Assembly: GCA_964621445.1 (NCBI GenBank)
Contig: CAZUNO010000004.1
Span: 1-64,000, forward strand
Direction: 5' to 3'
Source: Candidatus Hadarchaeota archaeon
GTDB lineage: Archaea > CAYQAE01 > CAYVLA01
DNA length: 64,000 nt
Numbering within the stretch: position 1 is the first letter of the stretch; every line of letters begins with the position of its first letter. Made by a program: the position numbers and the translations under genes. Shown one piece after another: positions 1 through 10,087 of this stretch. The notes under the pieces were generated by a model, which searched no databases, was not told the DNA's origin, and saw only the letters and a list, made by a program, of their open reading frames with translations.

Positions 1-129
1 ATACTAATATATATTAAATATATATCTACTATTTAAATCTATCGTCCCAACACCCCAAAAAACCAACAAGCTAAACAGTTACCAAAAACCTTTTCTATAC
101 GTTTTTACCTATCTTGCCACGGTGAATAT

Positions 130-444
130 ATGATCGTGGTAAATACGGATTTCATCCCCGGTAGGAAGATAAAGGAGTCCTTGGGACTTGTCCGCGGAAA
201 TACCATCCGGGCCAAACACATCGGGAAGGATATCAAGGCGGCATTCAGGAATATTGCCGGCGGGAGGCTCGACGAATACGTGGAGATGTTGTCAGAGTCA
301 AGAGAGGAGGCCCTAAACGAAATGCTAGCCGAGGCCGAGAAGAAGGACGCGGATGCCATAATAAACGTCCGCTTCATGACCAGTTCGGTTATGGGCGGTG
401 CTGCGGAGATACTGGCGTACGGCACGGCGGTCAGCCTTGAGTGA
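130..444 (+). CDS. YbjQ/UPF0145 family protein
   Basis: IPG..I...LGLVRG, R..A...M...A....ADAIINVRF and EILAYGTAV motifs. Confidence 0.9.
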   Translation: MIVVNTDFIPGRKIKESLGLVRGNTIRAKHIGKDIKAAFRNIAGGRLDEYVEMLSESREEALNEMLAEAEKKDADAIINVRFMTSSVMGGAAEILAYGTAVSLE

Positions 445-448
445 TCAA

Positions 449-652
449 ATGAATCTATGGAATATAGGATTTGGTTTCCTGATTCTGGGCGTGGCCATCC
501 CCATCGCATACGGACTTTACGAATTCGTGCTGGCATCAATCCCCTGGTACTGGAGGCTATCAGTTGTATCGTTTCTGGCTGGACTTACCTTGCTGATCGT
601 TTCGGCTATTTCGGAACGTGCGAGGTCGGAACCCCCGGAGCAGAAGGTCTAG
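449..652 (+). CDS. Small two-TM membrane protein
   Basis: ATG 4 nt after the ybjQ-like stop; two hydrophobic segments. Confidence 0.7.
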   Translation: MNLWNIGFGFLILGVAIPIAYGLYEFVLASIPWYWRLSVVSFLAGLTLLIVSAISERARSEPPEQKV

Positions 653-759
653 GTGTCGACCTTCGAAAGGGTTAATGATTTTCTTCTTTCCTAGCCCGGG
701 GAATAATCTATTAATGCCCCTTGCGGAAGACGGCCAAGAAAGTCTAAAAGGCGAAAATC

Positions 760-933
760 ATGGATGCTAAAAGAGTGCTCCTTCTGGGAACGGTCCTTGC
801 CCTGGTTGATGTGGGAGTGCCGTATCTGCTTCTCAAAGATAGTGGAACATGGTACAGCTACATCTTCTGGGTGGTGCTTACGGCCGTGGTCCTCTCGGTC
901 GGGCTTTACATGGTTAGAGGGTGGGGATCTTGA
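760..933 (+). CDS. Small (57 aa) two-TM partner of sodium:solute symporter; absent from the ORF track
   Basis: MDAKRVLLLGTVLALVDVGVPYLLLKDSGTWYSYIFWVVLTAVVLSVGLYMVRGWGS; its TGA overlaps the TTG start of the symporter (TTGA 930-933). Confidence 0.75.
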   Translation: MDAKRVLLLGTVLALVDVGVPYLLLKDSGTWYSYIFWVVLTAVVLSVGLYMVRGWGS

Positions 934-2393
934 ACCCCATTTATGTATACCTGGCAGTAGGTGTGTGGGCGGTTTTCGGTATCGGCATAGCCTATCTCGC
1001 CAAAAGGCGTATGGGGATTGGGCTTCCCGAGTTCTTCGTTTCCAGCAGGAAGGTGGGCGGCTTTATATCGGGAATGACTTACAGTGCGACCACCTACAGC
1101 GCCTTTATGATGGTGGGCCTGGTGGGACTCACATACTCATCAGGGGTGGTGGCACTGGGTTTTGAACTCACATATCTGATGTTCACCGTGATTCTGCTCT
1201 GTGTTTTTGCTCCCAGGTTCTGGGCGGCGGCAAACAAATACGACTTCATAACCCCGGCCGACCTTCTGTCCCACCGCTACGGAAGTGAATACGTGGGAGT
1301 TGTGGTAACCTTTCTGGCCCTGATCATGCTAATTCCATACGCTTCGGTGCAATTGATGGGCTCCGGGTATCTTTTCAGCGGCCTAACGGGCGGACAGGTA
1401 CCTTTTATGGTCGGGGTGCTGATTATGGCGACCTTCAGCGGGATAACCGCCCTCTGGGCCGGTTTCAGGTCGGTATCCTGGACCGATGCTTTCCAGGCCC
1501 TGACCATGATGGTAACCAGTTTGATACTTGTAGTCTACGTTTTCTACCATTTCTTTGGTTCTCCGCTGGAATTCCTATCAGCGGTTCAAACCCAGACCCC
1601 GGGACTGCTGGGGGTGACCTGGGATGTAAACATGTTTATCGGTCTTTCCCTTCCCTGGGCCTTCTTTGCTCTGAGCAATCCCCAGGTCTCACAGCGGATG
1701 TTCGTCTCCGAGAACGTGAGCAGTCTCAAGAGGATGATTACCTACTTCGCGGTCTTCGGTCTTATCTATACGGTAGTGACCACCATCCTGGGTTTGGCGG
1801 CGGCCAATATCCTGCCCGGCCTGGAGGCCGCGGATAGGGCAATGCCGGTATTGCTGACCAGGGTACCGGTGCTCATGGCGTTGATAGTATTCGTGGGGAT
1901 TTTCGCTGCTGCCACCTCAACCCTGGGTTCAATTGTATTGACCTTAAGTTCAATGGGGGTACTGAATATCTCTGAGACCTTCTTTCCCCAGATATCGGAG
2001 GGTACTAAAATGGTAATTGGCAAGGTGGTTATAGTTTTGCTTCTGATAGTCTGTGTTCTCTTCGCTAGCCTGAAGCTGGATCTGATCGCCGTGTTATCCA
2101 GCATGGCGTCCGGAGGACTGCTGGTCTCGGTGCCTTCCTTCGTTGGAGCATTCTTCTGGAAGCGGGGAACGGCTGAAGGTTCAATTTTGAGCATAACTAT
2201 GGGCGGCATGATTACCGGAGGACTCTACATTGGGGGCTGGAAACCCCTCGGCCTTTGGCCACCGGTGTGGGGGATGGCGACTTCCCTGGGCATTTTCGTG
2301 GTGGTAAGCCTACTCACTGCCTCCCCCAGGTTGGCCGACGCGTTCATGGATGAGGTAGAGGAAGCCATGGTGGAAAATGGAATTGAACCCTAG
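930..2393 (+). CDS. Sodium:solute symporter family (PutP/PanF-like) transporter
   Basis: Many TM helices; SATTYSAF..VG, T.ADLL..RY, G.RSV.WTD..Q and AAATST motifs. Confidence 0.92.
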   Translation: MNPIYVYLAVGVWAVFGIGIAYLAKRRMGIGLPEFFVSSRKVGGFISGMTYSATTYSAFMMVGLVGLTYSSGVVALGFELTYLMFTVILLCVFAPRFWAAANKYDFITPADLLSHRYGSEYVGVVVTFLALIMLIPYASVQLMGSGYLFSGLTGGQVPFMVGVLIMATFSGITALWAGFRSVSWTDAFQALTMMVTSLILVVYVFYHFFGSPLEFLSAVQTQTPGLLGVTWDVNMFIGLSLPWAFFALSNPQVSQRMFVSENVSSLKRMITYFAVFGLIYTVVTTILGLAAANILPGLEAADRAMPVLLTRVPVLMALIVFVGIFAAATSTLGSIVLTLSSMGVLNISETFFPQISEGTKMVIGKVVIVLLLIVCVLFASLKLDLIAVLSSMASGGLLVSVPSFVGAFFWKRGTAEGSILSITMGGMITGGLYIGGWKPLGLWPPVWGMATSLGIFVVVSLLTASPRLADAFMDEVEEAMVENGIEP

Positions 2394-3535
2394 AGTCCGG
2401 AGCGGGGGCTAACCTGCCCCGCCCAGGGATTGGTCAACAGACCACCGGCGACCAACAGAATGAATGATGCGAAGTTGGCCGTCCACCTCAGACCGCCTCT
2501 CCATAGCGTCCTCCCGTTAAAAAGCCAGGAGATGTAAGGAGATTCTGATTCCCAACCGGCCCTGGTGATGGATATATCCACCTGTTCCCAGATGTGGAAC
2601 ACGGCCAGAAGCAATACAGGGATCAATAGCAGGAGGACTGGGAGGGGGTCTTTCTTGATCGAAGGTAACCATTTTTGGGTTAATCTTGGTCCCGCCCTAA
2701 AGGAGTACAACAGAAATATTGCTCCAACCATGGTGAGCAACCCAGAGACGGCCACCAGGAGAAAGAAGGAATCCGGGTCGCTGGGCAACGAGGCGTGGTG
2801 AAAGGGTCTTTTCCCTAGGGTCCCTGCCTGAAGTAGGACGGCCCCCCTCCCCAAAAGGCATACAGATAGGATAATAAACAGGCCACCGAGATCTCCATGA
2901 CCGGAAACGATGGAATTGACAAGAACAAGGGAAGCCAAAAAGGCCCCAGCTATCATAACCCCGAAGGGGACGAAATTAGATCCGGCCCATTGAGTGTGGC
3001 TGAAGCTCTGGGGACCTAAGAAGAGGGAGATGGCGTATCCGACAATGAATAAAAGGATTCCCAAGAGCATCTTAATTGCTTTACGCCCGTAATTCCTCCA
3101 GGAGAATAACCCCCTAATGGCAACTAGGACCGATAATATGAGGTATAGGCCGAAATAGACCCCAATAATGGTATGAAAGGGCCGTCCAGAGAGATTGACA
3201 TGACTAATGACGGCCGAAACCAGAGTTACCATGAAGGCCAGTCCGGCAGCATAAATAAGCCTTTTCCGTTTGGGATTCCATAGGGCGAGAATTACCGTGA
3301 CGGTCCAGAGAACAACCGGGATCAAGTTCTTGAAGGACAAAAGATGGTTTATCGTACCCACCAGTAATAGCATCAATCCACCGATCAGCGGGAGTTCTCC
3401 CCTCTCATTGAAAAGCAGGGTCGCGGTAGCAATGAAAATTACTACAAGAGAGGCCAGGAACAGGCTTAGGGTGGTCAGATTGTCCGCGGGAACTAGCGGG
3501 GATATCCCGACAAATAAGGCCAAGAACGTAGGCAA
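2390..3535 (-). CDS. Polytopic membrane protein, unknown function (start uncertain)
   Basis: 381-aa ORF with about ten hydrophobic segments. Confidence 0.7.
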   Translation of the reverse strand: MPTFLALFVGISPLVPADNLTTLSLFLASLVVIFIATATLLFNERGELPLIGGLMLLLVGTINHLLSFKNLIPVVLWTVTVILALWNPKRKRLIYAAGLAFMVTLVSAVISHVNLSGRPFHTIIGVYFGLYLILSVLVAIRGLFSWRNYGRKAIKMLLGILLFIVGYAISLFLGPQSFSHTQWAGSNFVPFGVMIAGAFLASLVLVNSIVSGHGDLGGLFIILSVCLLGRGAVLLQAGTLGKRPFHHASLPSDPDSFFLLVAVSGLLTMVGAIFLLYSFRAGPRLTQKWLPSIKKDPLPVLLLLIPVLLLAVFHIWEQVDISITRAGWESESPYISWLFNGRTLWRGGLRWTANFASFILLVAGGLLTNPWAGQVSPRSGL

Positions 3536-3703
3536 TGGGCCCTAGCAGGAAGGTCAATATCGTTAACTTTGATGAGAGGACGCGGTCCTTATATCTTAGA
3601 CCCATCCCCGTATATACCTCATACCCCGGTTCGGCCAATTATCCCACCCGGGGCATGGTTCCAGCTTGAAACCTTCTCACAAACTGCCTCCACTACAACG
3701 CTT

Positions 3704-4087
3704 TCAGCTAATGACGTTCATCTTTTCAATTTCGAATACCTCAATCATCAGATAGGTTTCACTTCCATCGTAGCTCTCACGGGAGTATACCGCCCCAATC
3801 AGCTTTACCATGTCTCCCTTGGAGACGGAATTCAGACTGGCTAAGGGTTTCCCGTCCCTGGTAAGGTACAGCTCCTGGCCCTCGAGCCCAGAATCCTGGT
3901 TCACGCTGATGCAGTAGACGATGACCGTGGGAACGTTTTCCGATAATGCTGGATGGGATCGGGTGGTTATGTTGCCCCGAAGGGTCCTGTAACCCTCCCT
4001 ACGGGGGGTCATGATCATGTAGGCGATGAATAAGACCAAAATGATAACCAAAACCAATAATGGTATAGCGACCCTCGAACGGCTCAA
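3704..4087 (-). CDS. Small N-terminally anchored exported protein
   Basis: N-terminal TM followed by beta-rich domain. Confidence 0.65.
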   Translation of the reverse strand: MSRSRVAIPLLVLVIILVLFIAYMIMTPRREGYRTLRGNITTRSHPALSENVPTVIVYCISVNQDSGLEGQELYLTRDGKPLASLNSVSKGDMVKLIGAVYSRESYDGSETYLMIEVFEIEKMNVIS

Positions 4088-4162
4088 GCAACGTACCCTC
4101 CAAATATGGTTCCTCCAATGTATTTAAGGGTTAGTCTGGATATAGATGGAACGAGTGCCAGA

Positions 4163-4561
4163 ATGGGGGATAAAAGATATCTTGGACCTCGACCTCCCAT
4201 GTTCCGATCCGAAATGACCCTCTATAGGAATCCCAAGCCGTTGAGATTTACAAGTAAGAACCCCGTCGAGAAGCACTTTCACGACTACGACGAGACGTGG
4301 TTCATCATGGGAGGTTGTGCCCGGGCAACGATGGTTGGTAGGTCCGGCAAACGCTCGCAATTCGTTCTGAAAAAAGGGAATATCTGGATGGTGGAAGCGG
4401 GTGTTGAACACGGCTGTCAGCCCCTGGACGAGGTTTTGATATTTCCCGTACCTGGGACCATCCCGCAAGGTGCCCATGAGCCGGGACATTACCATATGGA
4501 GGAGGAGGGTTACATGCCTACGTTGAAGGTGGAGAAGGAACCCCTTGATAGATATCAATAA
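4163..4561 (+). CDS. Cupin-domain protein
   Basis: HFHDYDETWFI and G.IW.VEAGVEH cupin motifs. Confidence 0.85.
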   Translation: MGDKRYLGPRPPMFRSEMTLYRNPKPLRFTSKNPVEKHFHDYDETWFIMGGCARATMVGRSGKRSQFVLKKGNIWMVEAGVEHGCQPLDEVLIFPVPGTIPQGAHEPGHYHMEEEGYMPTLKVEKEPLDRYQ

Positions 4562-4611
4562 TAATGGTAAACTAGTTGTGTAGGTTTGCCTGTCCGAGGC
4601 GTGAGGTGGAG

Positions 4612-5217
4612 GTGGTACGCGGTTTTTGCTCCATTATAACCTTCATGGTTATAGTGGGCCTGGTTCCAAACTCCCTGGCAATGGACCTGGATATCCGTCG
4701 TGATAGTGGCACCGAGTTGAGCGGCAAGATAAAGGGCACCTTCTCGGCCAGGGTAAGCGGAATTGACGGGGTTGATAGGGTTGATTTCTACATTGATGGA
4801 GAGTTGGTTGAAACCGTGAGGGAAGAGCCCTATCGATGGGAGTTTAAGACAACGGAATACCCGGACGGAAACCACACCTTAAGGGCAGTCGTCCATTATA
4901 GTAATGGAAAGACGGATGAGGAATCGGCGAGGTTATTCTTCGAGTCAGACTTCGGCGATTGGTGGACCTGGTACATCTGGGGAATGGGAATTTTCGTGGC
5001 CGGCATGATCATATTTTCCATATGGATAACTAACCGGGAAAGGAAGAAGCCACAGGGAAAGACAAAATGCCCCGCATGTGGCACGGTTTTTCAAAGGCAA
5101 TGGAACCCCATGCACAAGGGGGATGCCCTTAGGAATAAATGCCCCATGTGCGGGAAGAGCTTCTGGGCGGAGAGGATTGATGAGGAGGATGCCCAGGGTT
5201 CTCCCTCAGTGCTCTAG
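4612..5217 (+). CDS. Ig-like domain + TM + cytoplasmic zinc-ribbon protein
   Basis: Signal peptide; VDRVDFYIDG...PY.W...T....DG.HTL Ig-like domain; TM; CPAC...CPMC; GAGGTG RBS before GTG. Confidence 0.8.
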   Translation: MVRGFCSIITFMVIVGLVPNSLAMDLDIRRDSGTELSGKIKGTFSARVSGIDGVDRVDFYIDGELVETVREEPYRWEFKTTEYPDGNHTLRAVVHYSNGKTDEESARLFFESDFGDWWTWYIWGMGIFVAGMIIFSIWITNRERKKPQGKTKCPACGTVFQRQWNPMHKGDALRNKCPMCGKSFWAERIDEEDAQGSPSVL

Positions 5218-5234
5218 GACGCGTATGAATATCA

Positions 5235-6221
5235 ATGGAGGATGCGGACATGAATGTCGGTTTGGAGTTTCGTAAGCGCGCCGAGGTCGCTTTTTTTGAT
5301 CTCGGGGCCCCGCCGGAACCCGAGGGTGATGAGGTACTCATAGATACTCATTACACGGCCATCACCAATGGAACCGAGAGGCATGCTCTTCTCGGTGAGC
5401 ATGCCTGGAAGGGAGCTTTCCCAAGCCAGCATGGATACCAACATGTTGGTACCATCACTGCAGTGGGAGATGGAGTGGAGGATTTTCAGGTAGGGGACTG
5501 GGTATTCTGCGGGAGATACATGGGACATCGCTCCTGGAATATTCACAGCACCGGCGACTCCGACCCGGATCGTTACGATTCCCACCTCATAGTTCCCCTT
5601 CCAGAGGGCATTCCACGTGACACGTTGGCGCTGCTGGGCGTGGCTGGGGTTGCCATGCGTGCGGTGAGGAGGCTTCGTATCGAGGGGTCCCAGAAAGTTT
5701 GGATCGCAGGTGCTGGTCTCATCGGTCTTTTTGCAGTGCAGATAGTGAGTGCCATGGGAGCGGAGGTCACGGTTACCGATCTGCTGGAGAAGAGGCTTGA
5801 ACTGGCCGCCAAGCTGGGTGCGCACAATGTGCTGGACGCGTCCCGGAAGGATTATCTCCAGGATCTAAAGAAGCTTGGACCCTTCGATTCCATCATCGAT
5901 CTCTGTGGTGCCGATGAAATCCTGCCGGCTATTGGTAGTTCAAGTCTGATAGCTTACCAGGGAGTAATAGGGTTGATCGCGGTCAGATCTGAGACATGTT
6001 TCCAGTGGGAGATGGTCCACGGAACGGAGGCTTCAATAGAGGTATCGTGCCACTTCAGCATTTTGGATCTCGAAGCACTTATCGACCTGGTCCTCAGTGG
6101 ACAGGTGGAGATCGAGCCACTGATAAGCCACAGGGAACCGATACGAAATGCTCTTCAAATATACTCTCAGCTGCGTGATGATCCATCGAGTCTCCTGGGA
6201 GTTATCTTCGATTGGAAATAA
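5235..6221 (+). CDS. MDR-family (zinc-type alcohol dehydrogenase-like) oxidoreductase
   Basis: GYQHVG..TAVGDGV..FQVGD.V GroES-like domain; GAGLIG Rossmann motif; canonical catalytic Cys/His Zn ligands not evident. Confidence 0.88.
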   Translation: MEDADMNVGLEFRKRAEVAFFDLGAPPEPEGDEVLIDTHYTAITNGTERHALLGEHAWKGAFPSQHGYQHVGTITAVGDGVEDFQVGDWVFCGRYMGHRSWNIHSTGDSDPDRYDSHLIVPLPEGIPRDTLALLGVAGVAMRAVRRLRIEGSQKVWIAGAGLIGLFAVQIVSAMGAEVTVTDLLEKRLELAAKLGAHNVLDASRKDYLQDLKKLGPFDSIIDLCGADEILPAIGSSSLIAYQGVIGLIAVRSETCFQWEMVHGTEASIEVSCHFSILDLEALIDLVLSGQVEIEPLISHREPIRNALQIYSQLRDDPSSLLGVIFDWK

Positions 6222-6312
6222 GGCTTTTTCTATATTGGTTATTTCCTGGATGAGGTGGTTAGCTGCATTATTGGTCCAATTTCTATTTTGGCTGACTGAA
6301 GGATCCTCCATA

Positions 6313-7521
6313 TTGTACCCCAATAGAGGAAATGTTATTGTTCTTTTAGTCCTTTTTACCCCTCTGCTTCCGGCCTGCTATGCCCAGGAACGGGTATTTG
6401 ACTTCCTGTTGTTAGGTGATGTCAGGGGCTGGCCCAACCATCTCGGTGACGAGGAGCCGGCCGTGGTGGTGACCCTGGGTCCCTGTCGTGCATTTGGACA
6501 GGATATTTCGGACGAGTTCCTTTTCAGGTGGAGCAGGATCTACTTTCCACGAAGCGATGATGAGCTTTTGAACTACGATGTTCTCTTCTTCAATCATCCA
6601 GTTCTGAGTTTTTTCACCCTGCTACAGCAGGAGATGATGGTTGATTTCATGGGGGTGGAGGGTGAGATTCCCATAGCCTATCCCCTTAGTCATTAGGAGG
6701 AGGTCCAGGAACCTTGGCTTGCTAGCCCGGTCTCAGAGGGTTTCCCCATAGATTTCGAACGCTTCATAACCTCGGTCCGTACAGGTTTGGGCAGAGGATA
6801 TTCACGCCTGGAAGTAGTTACGGATATGCCGCCCGTTTCCAGCCCCTTTGAGGAAACCGAGGCCTTTTCAGGCCATATATACGAGCAATTTAGACCGGCC
6901 TATGCAAGGAAAGGGGCTCAGGGGGGTTTATGGGCCGCTCCTGGAGACCGTGGTGCCCGCCTTTGTATCCTGGGACTTCGGGGAAACGGAGACCTCTGCT
7001 TTGGTATTCATCCCGGGACTCCAAGAAATTACTGGAAGGACGCCGGGGAATGGTGGGAGTTAATGTTCCTGATTGTATGTCTATATACCCGCGGTCTGGA
7101 TACCCTGAAGATCGATGAGAGTCTGAGGAAGGTAAGCGTCAAGTCATCATCCTCGGATTACAGGGATTCGGTTTCCATGTTCCAGAGCATAGTTGATTTC
7201 GTGGTCCGCGTAGGAGCAAACAGGCCCGCGGCGGAGCGTATTCTCCTGGAGGCCCAGGAGCTTTATACAACGGCCCAGGGCGATTATCTTGAACGGGATT
7301 ACATTGAAGCGAAGTCCGATATGGCGGAGGCCTTAGTGGTGGTCTCCAACGCAATGGATGAGGCCACGAGGGCCAAGGAGCGTGCACTGACCTGGACCTA
7401 TGTATCGGAGTGGATGGCTACCATGGGCGTGGCCATGTTTTCAGGCGTGATTCTCTGGTGGTTGATGGTCAAGAGGGGACTATACCGGGAGATAGAGACC
7501 ACCGAGCTCAGGCAATCCTAG
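6313..7521 (+). pseudogene. Disrupted paralog of the membrane-anchored YFPR-family protein at 16633-17892
   Basis: Shares YFPR, FV..VGAN and WxLMV.R.LYR.I.TT motifs; in-frame TAG at 6694-6696; conserved VPAFVSWDFGE segment lies in another frame (about 6930-7010). Confidence 0.75.
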
Positions 7522-7638
7522 AACCCAGAATATCCAGCCTGGATAATTAATGAGGTAAGGTTGCTTGGCCCGGTATTCGAGAAAGGCTTTATATTAGCAA
7601 TATTGATAGCGTGAATTCTGGGCGATGCGAGGGACCAG

Positions 7639-8526
7639 ATGTCGGGATCTTCTCGTAAGAGCAGTCAACAAGGGGAATCCGGAAATAGCCATCTCGAGTG
7701 GTTAGAAGAACAAAGGAGAAAAAAGAGGTTCAACCTTGGGGACTACGATGCTTTGGTGACCCGAGAAGAGGTGATTATCTCGGGCAAGACCCCGGAGCAT
7801 CGCCAGGATGAGAAGAGATTTGATAGATCCGAGATAGATGCTGAGATCCAGACGGTTTCCAGGACCCCGGTCTACATTTTCTACCTTGTCTATGCCCTCT
7901 ATGCCTATGGTTTTCTGATGTTCTTTATCACCACGGGCATCGATCCCGTGGTCCAGCTTTCGATATTTGGCATGGCCCTGGTTCTACTCTTCACCCCCCT
8001 TGTCCTCGAGCTATTTCTTCCCACCAAAGGGTTCCTGATAGCAACCGCCGTTTTCTTCGTCCTGGTTTTCTCCCTTCCAAAGATAAGTTTCCTTTCCGTG
8101 GCCTTCAAGGCCGTTGAGTCAGCCGTTGGAAAGGGTCACGTGGAGGAGTTCATCATCTTTGCTTCCCTGCTCCCCATTCTGCTCCGAAGAATGATCAGTC
8201 AGATGATGGTCAGCTACAGGCTGGAGCTCAAACAAGGTGATGAGAGGTTTGGGCTGCTCACCGAAAGTCCCTCCGCCGTTTCACTGGTAGATTACCTGGA
8301 AGAGGGGTATAGAAGCAGGAGCTTCTTCAGAATTCCCTCCTTCTTTTTGAGCCTGAGCAAGAAGAGGATGAAATCGTGTGACTACTGTGGTGAAAAGACC
8401 CTGGTTGAGTGCCACCGGTGCAATAAACCGATCTGCGATGAGCACACCGAGATGTTGAGGGGTTACAAGGTCTGTCTGGACTGCTACATTGATCGCAGAG
8501 GGAAGATAGATAGAGGCCTTCGCTAG
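7639..8526 (+). CDS. Membrane protein with C-terminal B-box-like zinc finger
   Basis: About four TM helices; C-x2-C-x7-C-x2-C-x4-C-x2-H-x9-C-x2-C; upstream BRE/TATA-like GAAAGGCTTTATA near 7581-7593. Confidence 0.8.
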   Translation: MSGSSRKSSQQGESGNSHLEWLEEQRRKKRFNLGDYDALVTREEVIISGKTPEHRQDEKRFDRSEIDAEIQTVSRTPVYIFYLVYALYAYGFLMFFITTGIDPVVQLSIFGMALVLLFTPLVLELFLPTKGFLIATAVFFVLVFSLPKISFLSVAFKAVESAVGKGHVEEFIIFASLLPILLRRMISQMMVSYRLELKQGDERFGLLTESPSAVSLVDYLEEGYRSRSFFRIPSFFLSLSKKRMKSCDYCGEKTLVECHRCNKPICDEHTEMLRGYKVCLDCYIDRRGKIDRGLR

Positions 8527-8577
8527 TAAGAATACATTGCAAGCCTTAATTTTAGACTAGAGATGCCACCAGGCCGT

Positions 8578-8973
8578 TCAGTCAAGTTCTCGCTTGACCT
8601 CTTCCACCTGGGCATAATATACCTCAAAGTCCGATCCCGGTGGGACCGTCTTCTGCATGTTGATGGTAACCTTCTTGGTCTCGTTGGTATCGAGGTGGAA
8701 TCTCTTGGACTTGTTAGCGATCTCCTGTCCCTCATCATTAAATACCCTGGCCTTGGCGGTGAGGAAACCAGGGTCCCCGATATTCTCGGCGCTTATTACC
8801 ACCTTCATATCAACCAGCAACCCGTCTGAAACCTCTTCGGCCTGCCATACACATTCATTGTGCTCGACCCTGAGGGTGATGTTCATGCTTTTCTCCTCCG
8901 GGGATATACACCCCAGCAGAAATGAGGACAATACGATGATCGATATCAACGGCAAGGTCTTCATAGGATTCAT
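8578..8973 (-). CDS. Putative lipoprotein with Ig-like fold
   Basis: Signal peptide ending LLGC (lipobox); beta-rich body. Confidence 0.75.
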   Translation of the reverse strand: MNPMKTLPLISIIVLSSFLLGCISPEEKSMNITLRVEHNECVWQAEEVSDGLLVDMKVVISAENIGDPGFLTAKARVFNDEGQEIANKSKRFHLDTNETKKVTINMQKTVPPGSDFEVYYAQVEEVKRELD

Positions 8974-9012
8974 AGGTGAAAAAAGCTGCAAGTGGCGTTT
9001 ATATGTTTTCGC

Positions 9013-9028
9013 CCTTCACATTCCTGAG
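9013..9028 (+). repeat. Target-site duplication, left copy CCTTCACATTCCTGAG
   Basis: Identical copy at 10088-10103 abuts the other TIR. Confidence 0.93.
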
Positions 9029-10087
9029 TGTGTTATCCCATTATTATTTCGCCCCTCTGTTCTTTGTGTTTTTGGGTTGGTGTTGGTCATGTCTTCATCT
9101 CGGTGTTTGGTTTGGGGTGAAGTGTTCTGGGTTGAGTATGTGGCTGGTTTGTCCGAGCATTCTCTCAGGGCTCATCCTGTTCCAGAAAGCTTCTTCGGGT
9201 GTGGCCATCCCCAGGCTCATGTGGGTCTCCTGGTGTTGTACCAGTCAACCATCCCGTCTAGAGATGTGTGGTAGTTGATCTGGTTAGCCATGGTCTGGAA
9301 GAGGCGCTCTATCTTACCATTAGTCTGGGAATGCCTGGTCCTGGCCCAGGATATGCCGTATGCCGTGGGCCTGTAGGTACTTCTCGAACTCGTTGTAACC
9401 CTTCTTCTTGTACTTGTCATCCATAGCGTAGAACTGTACACCCTTATCGGTGATCACCTCGTCCGGGGCTCCGTGCCTACGGATAGCCTCGTCTAGAACC
9501 TCTACGCTGTGCCTGGAAGTAGCCCTGTCGAAGACACCGAAACCCATGATCTTCTTGGAGGAGTCGTCCTGCACCGTTAACAGCCACTCCCCGAGCTCTG
9601 GATCGATCTTATTCATCTCGTACCAATCCATATGCCACAGGGACAAGGAGTGCTTCCTCTCGTAACGGACCCATCTACGCCTCCTCTGTTTCCTGGGGTT
9701 CCTCTTCGCATAGCCATGCTTCACAAGGATCCTATGGATACGGTTATGCGGTATCTTCTTATCATACTCCTTCTGGATCAGGTGTTCCAGTATGACCGCG
9801 CACACATGGTGCCTGTGCCACATCCCCAGAACCATCTCCTCCTCAACCGGGTCAGGCGGCCTCTTGGGTCTACCTGGTTTCTTGAGAGTGGGCATCTCTC
9901 CAGTGGACCTGTACTCGGCCCACAGCTGTTGGAGTCTTCCAGGCGTGATGCCGTAGATCCTGGCGATCTTCCTGTTCGTCATCTCCCCCTGCTCTTTCTT
10001 TCTCATCATCCACCTGATCCTCGAGTCAGTAAGCTTAACCACCCCACCACCAGAAACAGGGGGGTGAAATAATAATGGGATAACACA
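9029..10087 (-). mobile_element. IS481-family insertion sequence (archaeal ISA0963-like), 1059 bp
   Basis: TGT...ACA ends; imperfect TIRs of about 30 bp (TGTGTTATCCCATTATTATTTC identical at both ends); flanking 16-bp direct repeat; encodes a DDE transposase. Confidence 0.95.
9095..10042 (-). pseudogene. IS481-family transposase with two frameshifts
   Basis: N-terminal HTH; WHMD, DDSS, TDKGVQF; QTNGKIER and YN..RPH.SL...TP motifs spread over three reading segments (extra G near 9345, missing C near 9223). Confidence 0.88.

Noticed and set aside
1-100. Very AT-rich, A/C-skewed start ending AACAGTTACC, possibly a mobile-element terminus
   Set aside because: Truncated by the window edge; no partner end or transposase to support it
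9300-9360. Programmed frameshift in the transposase
   Set aside because: No slippery heptamer, the shift falls inside the DDE domain, a second indel follows, and IS481 normally uses a single ORF
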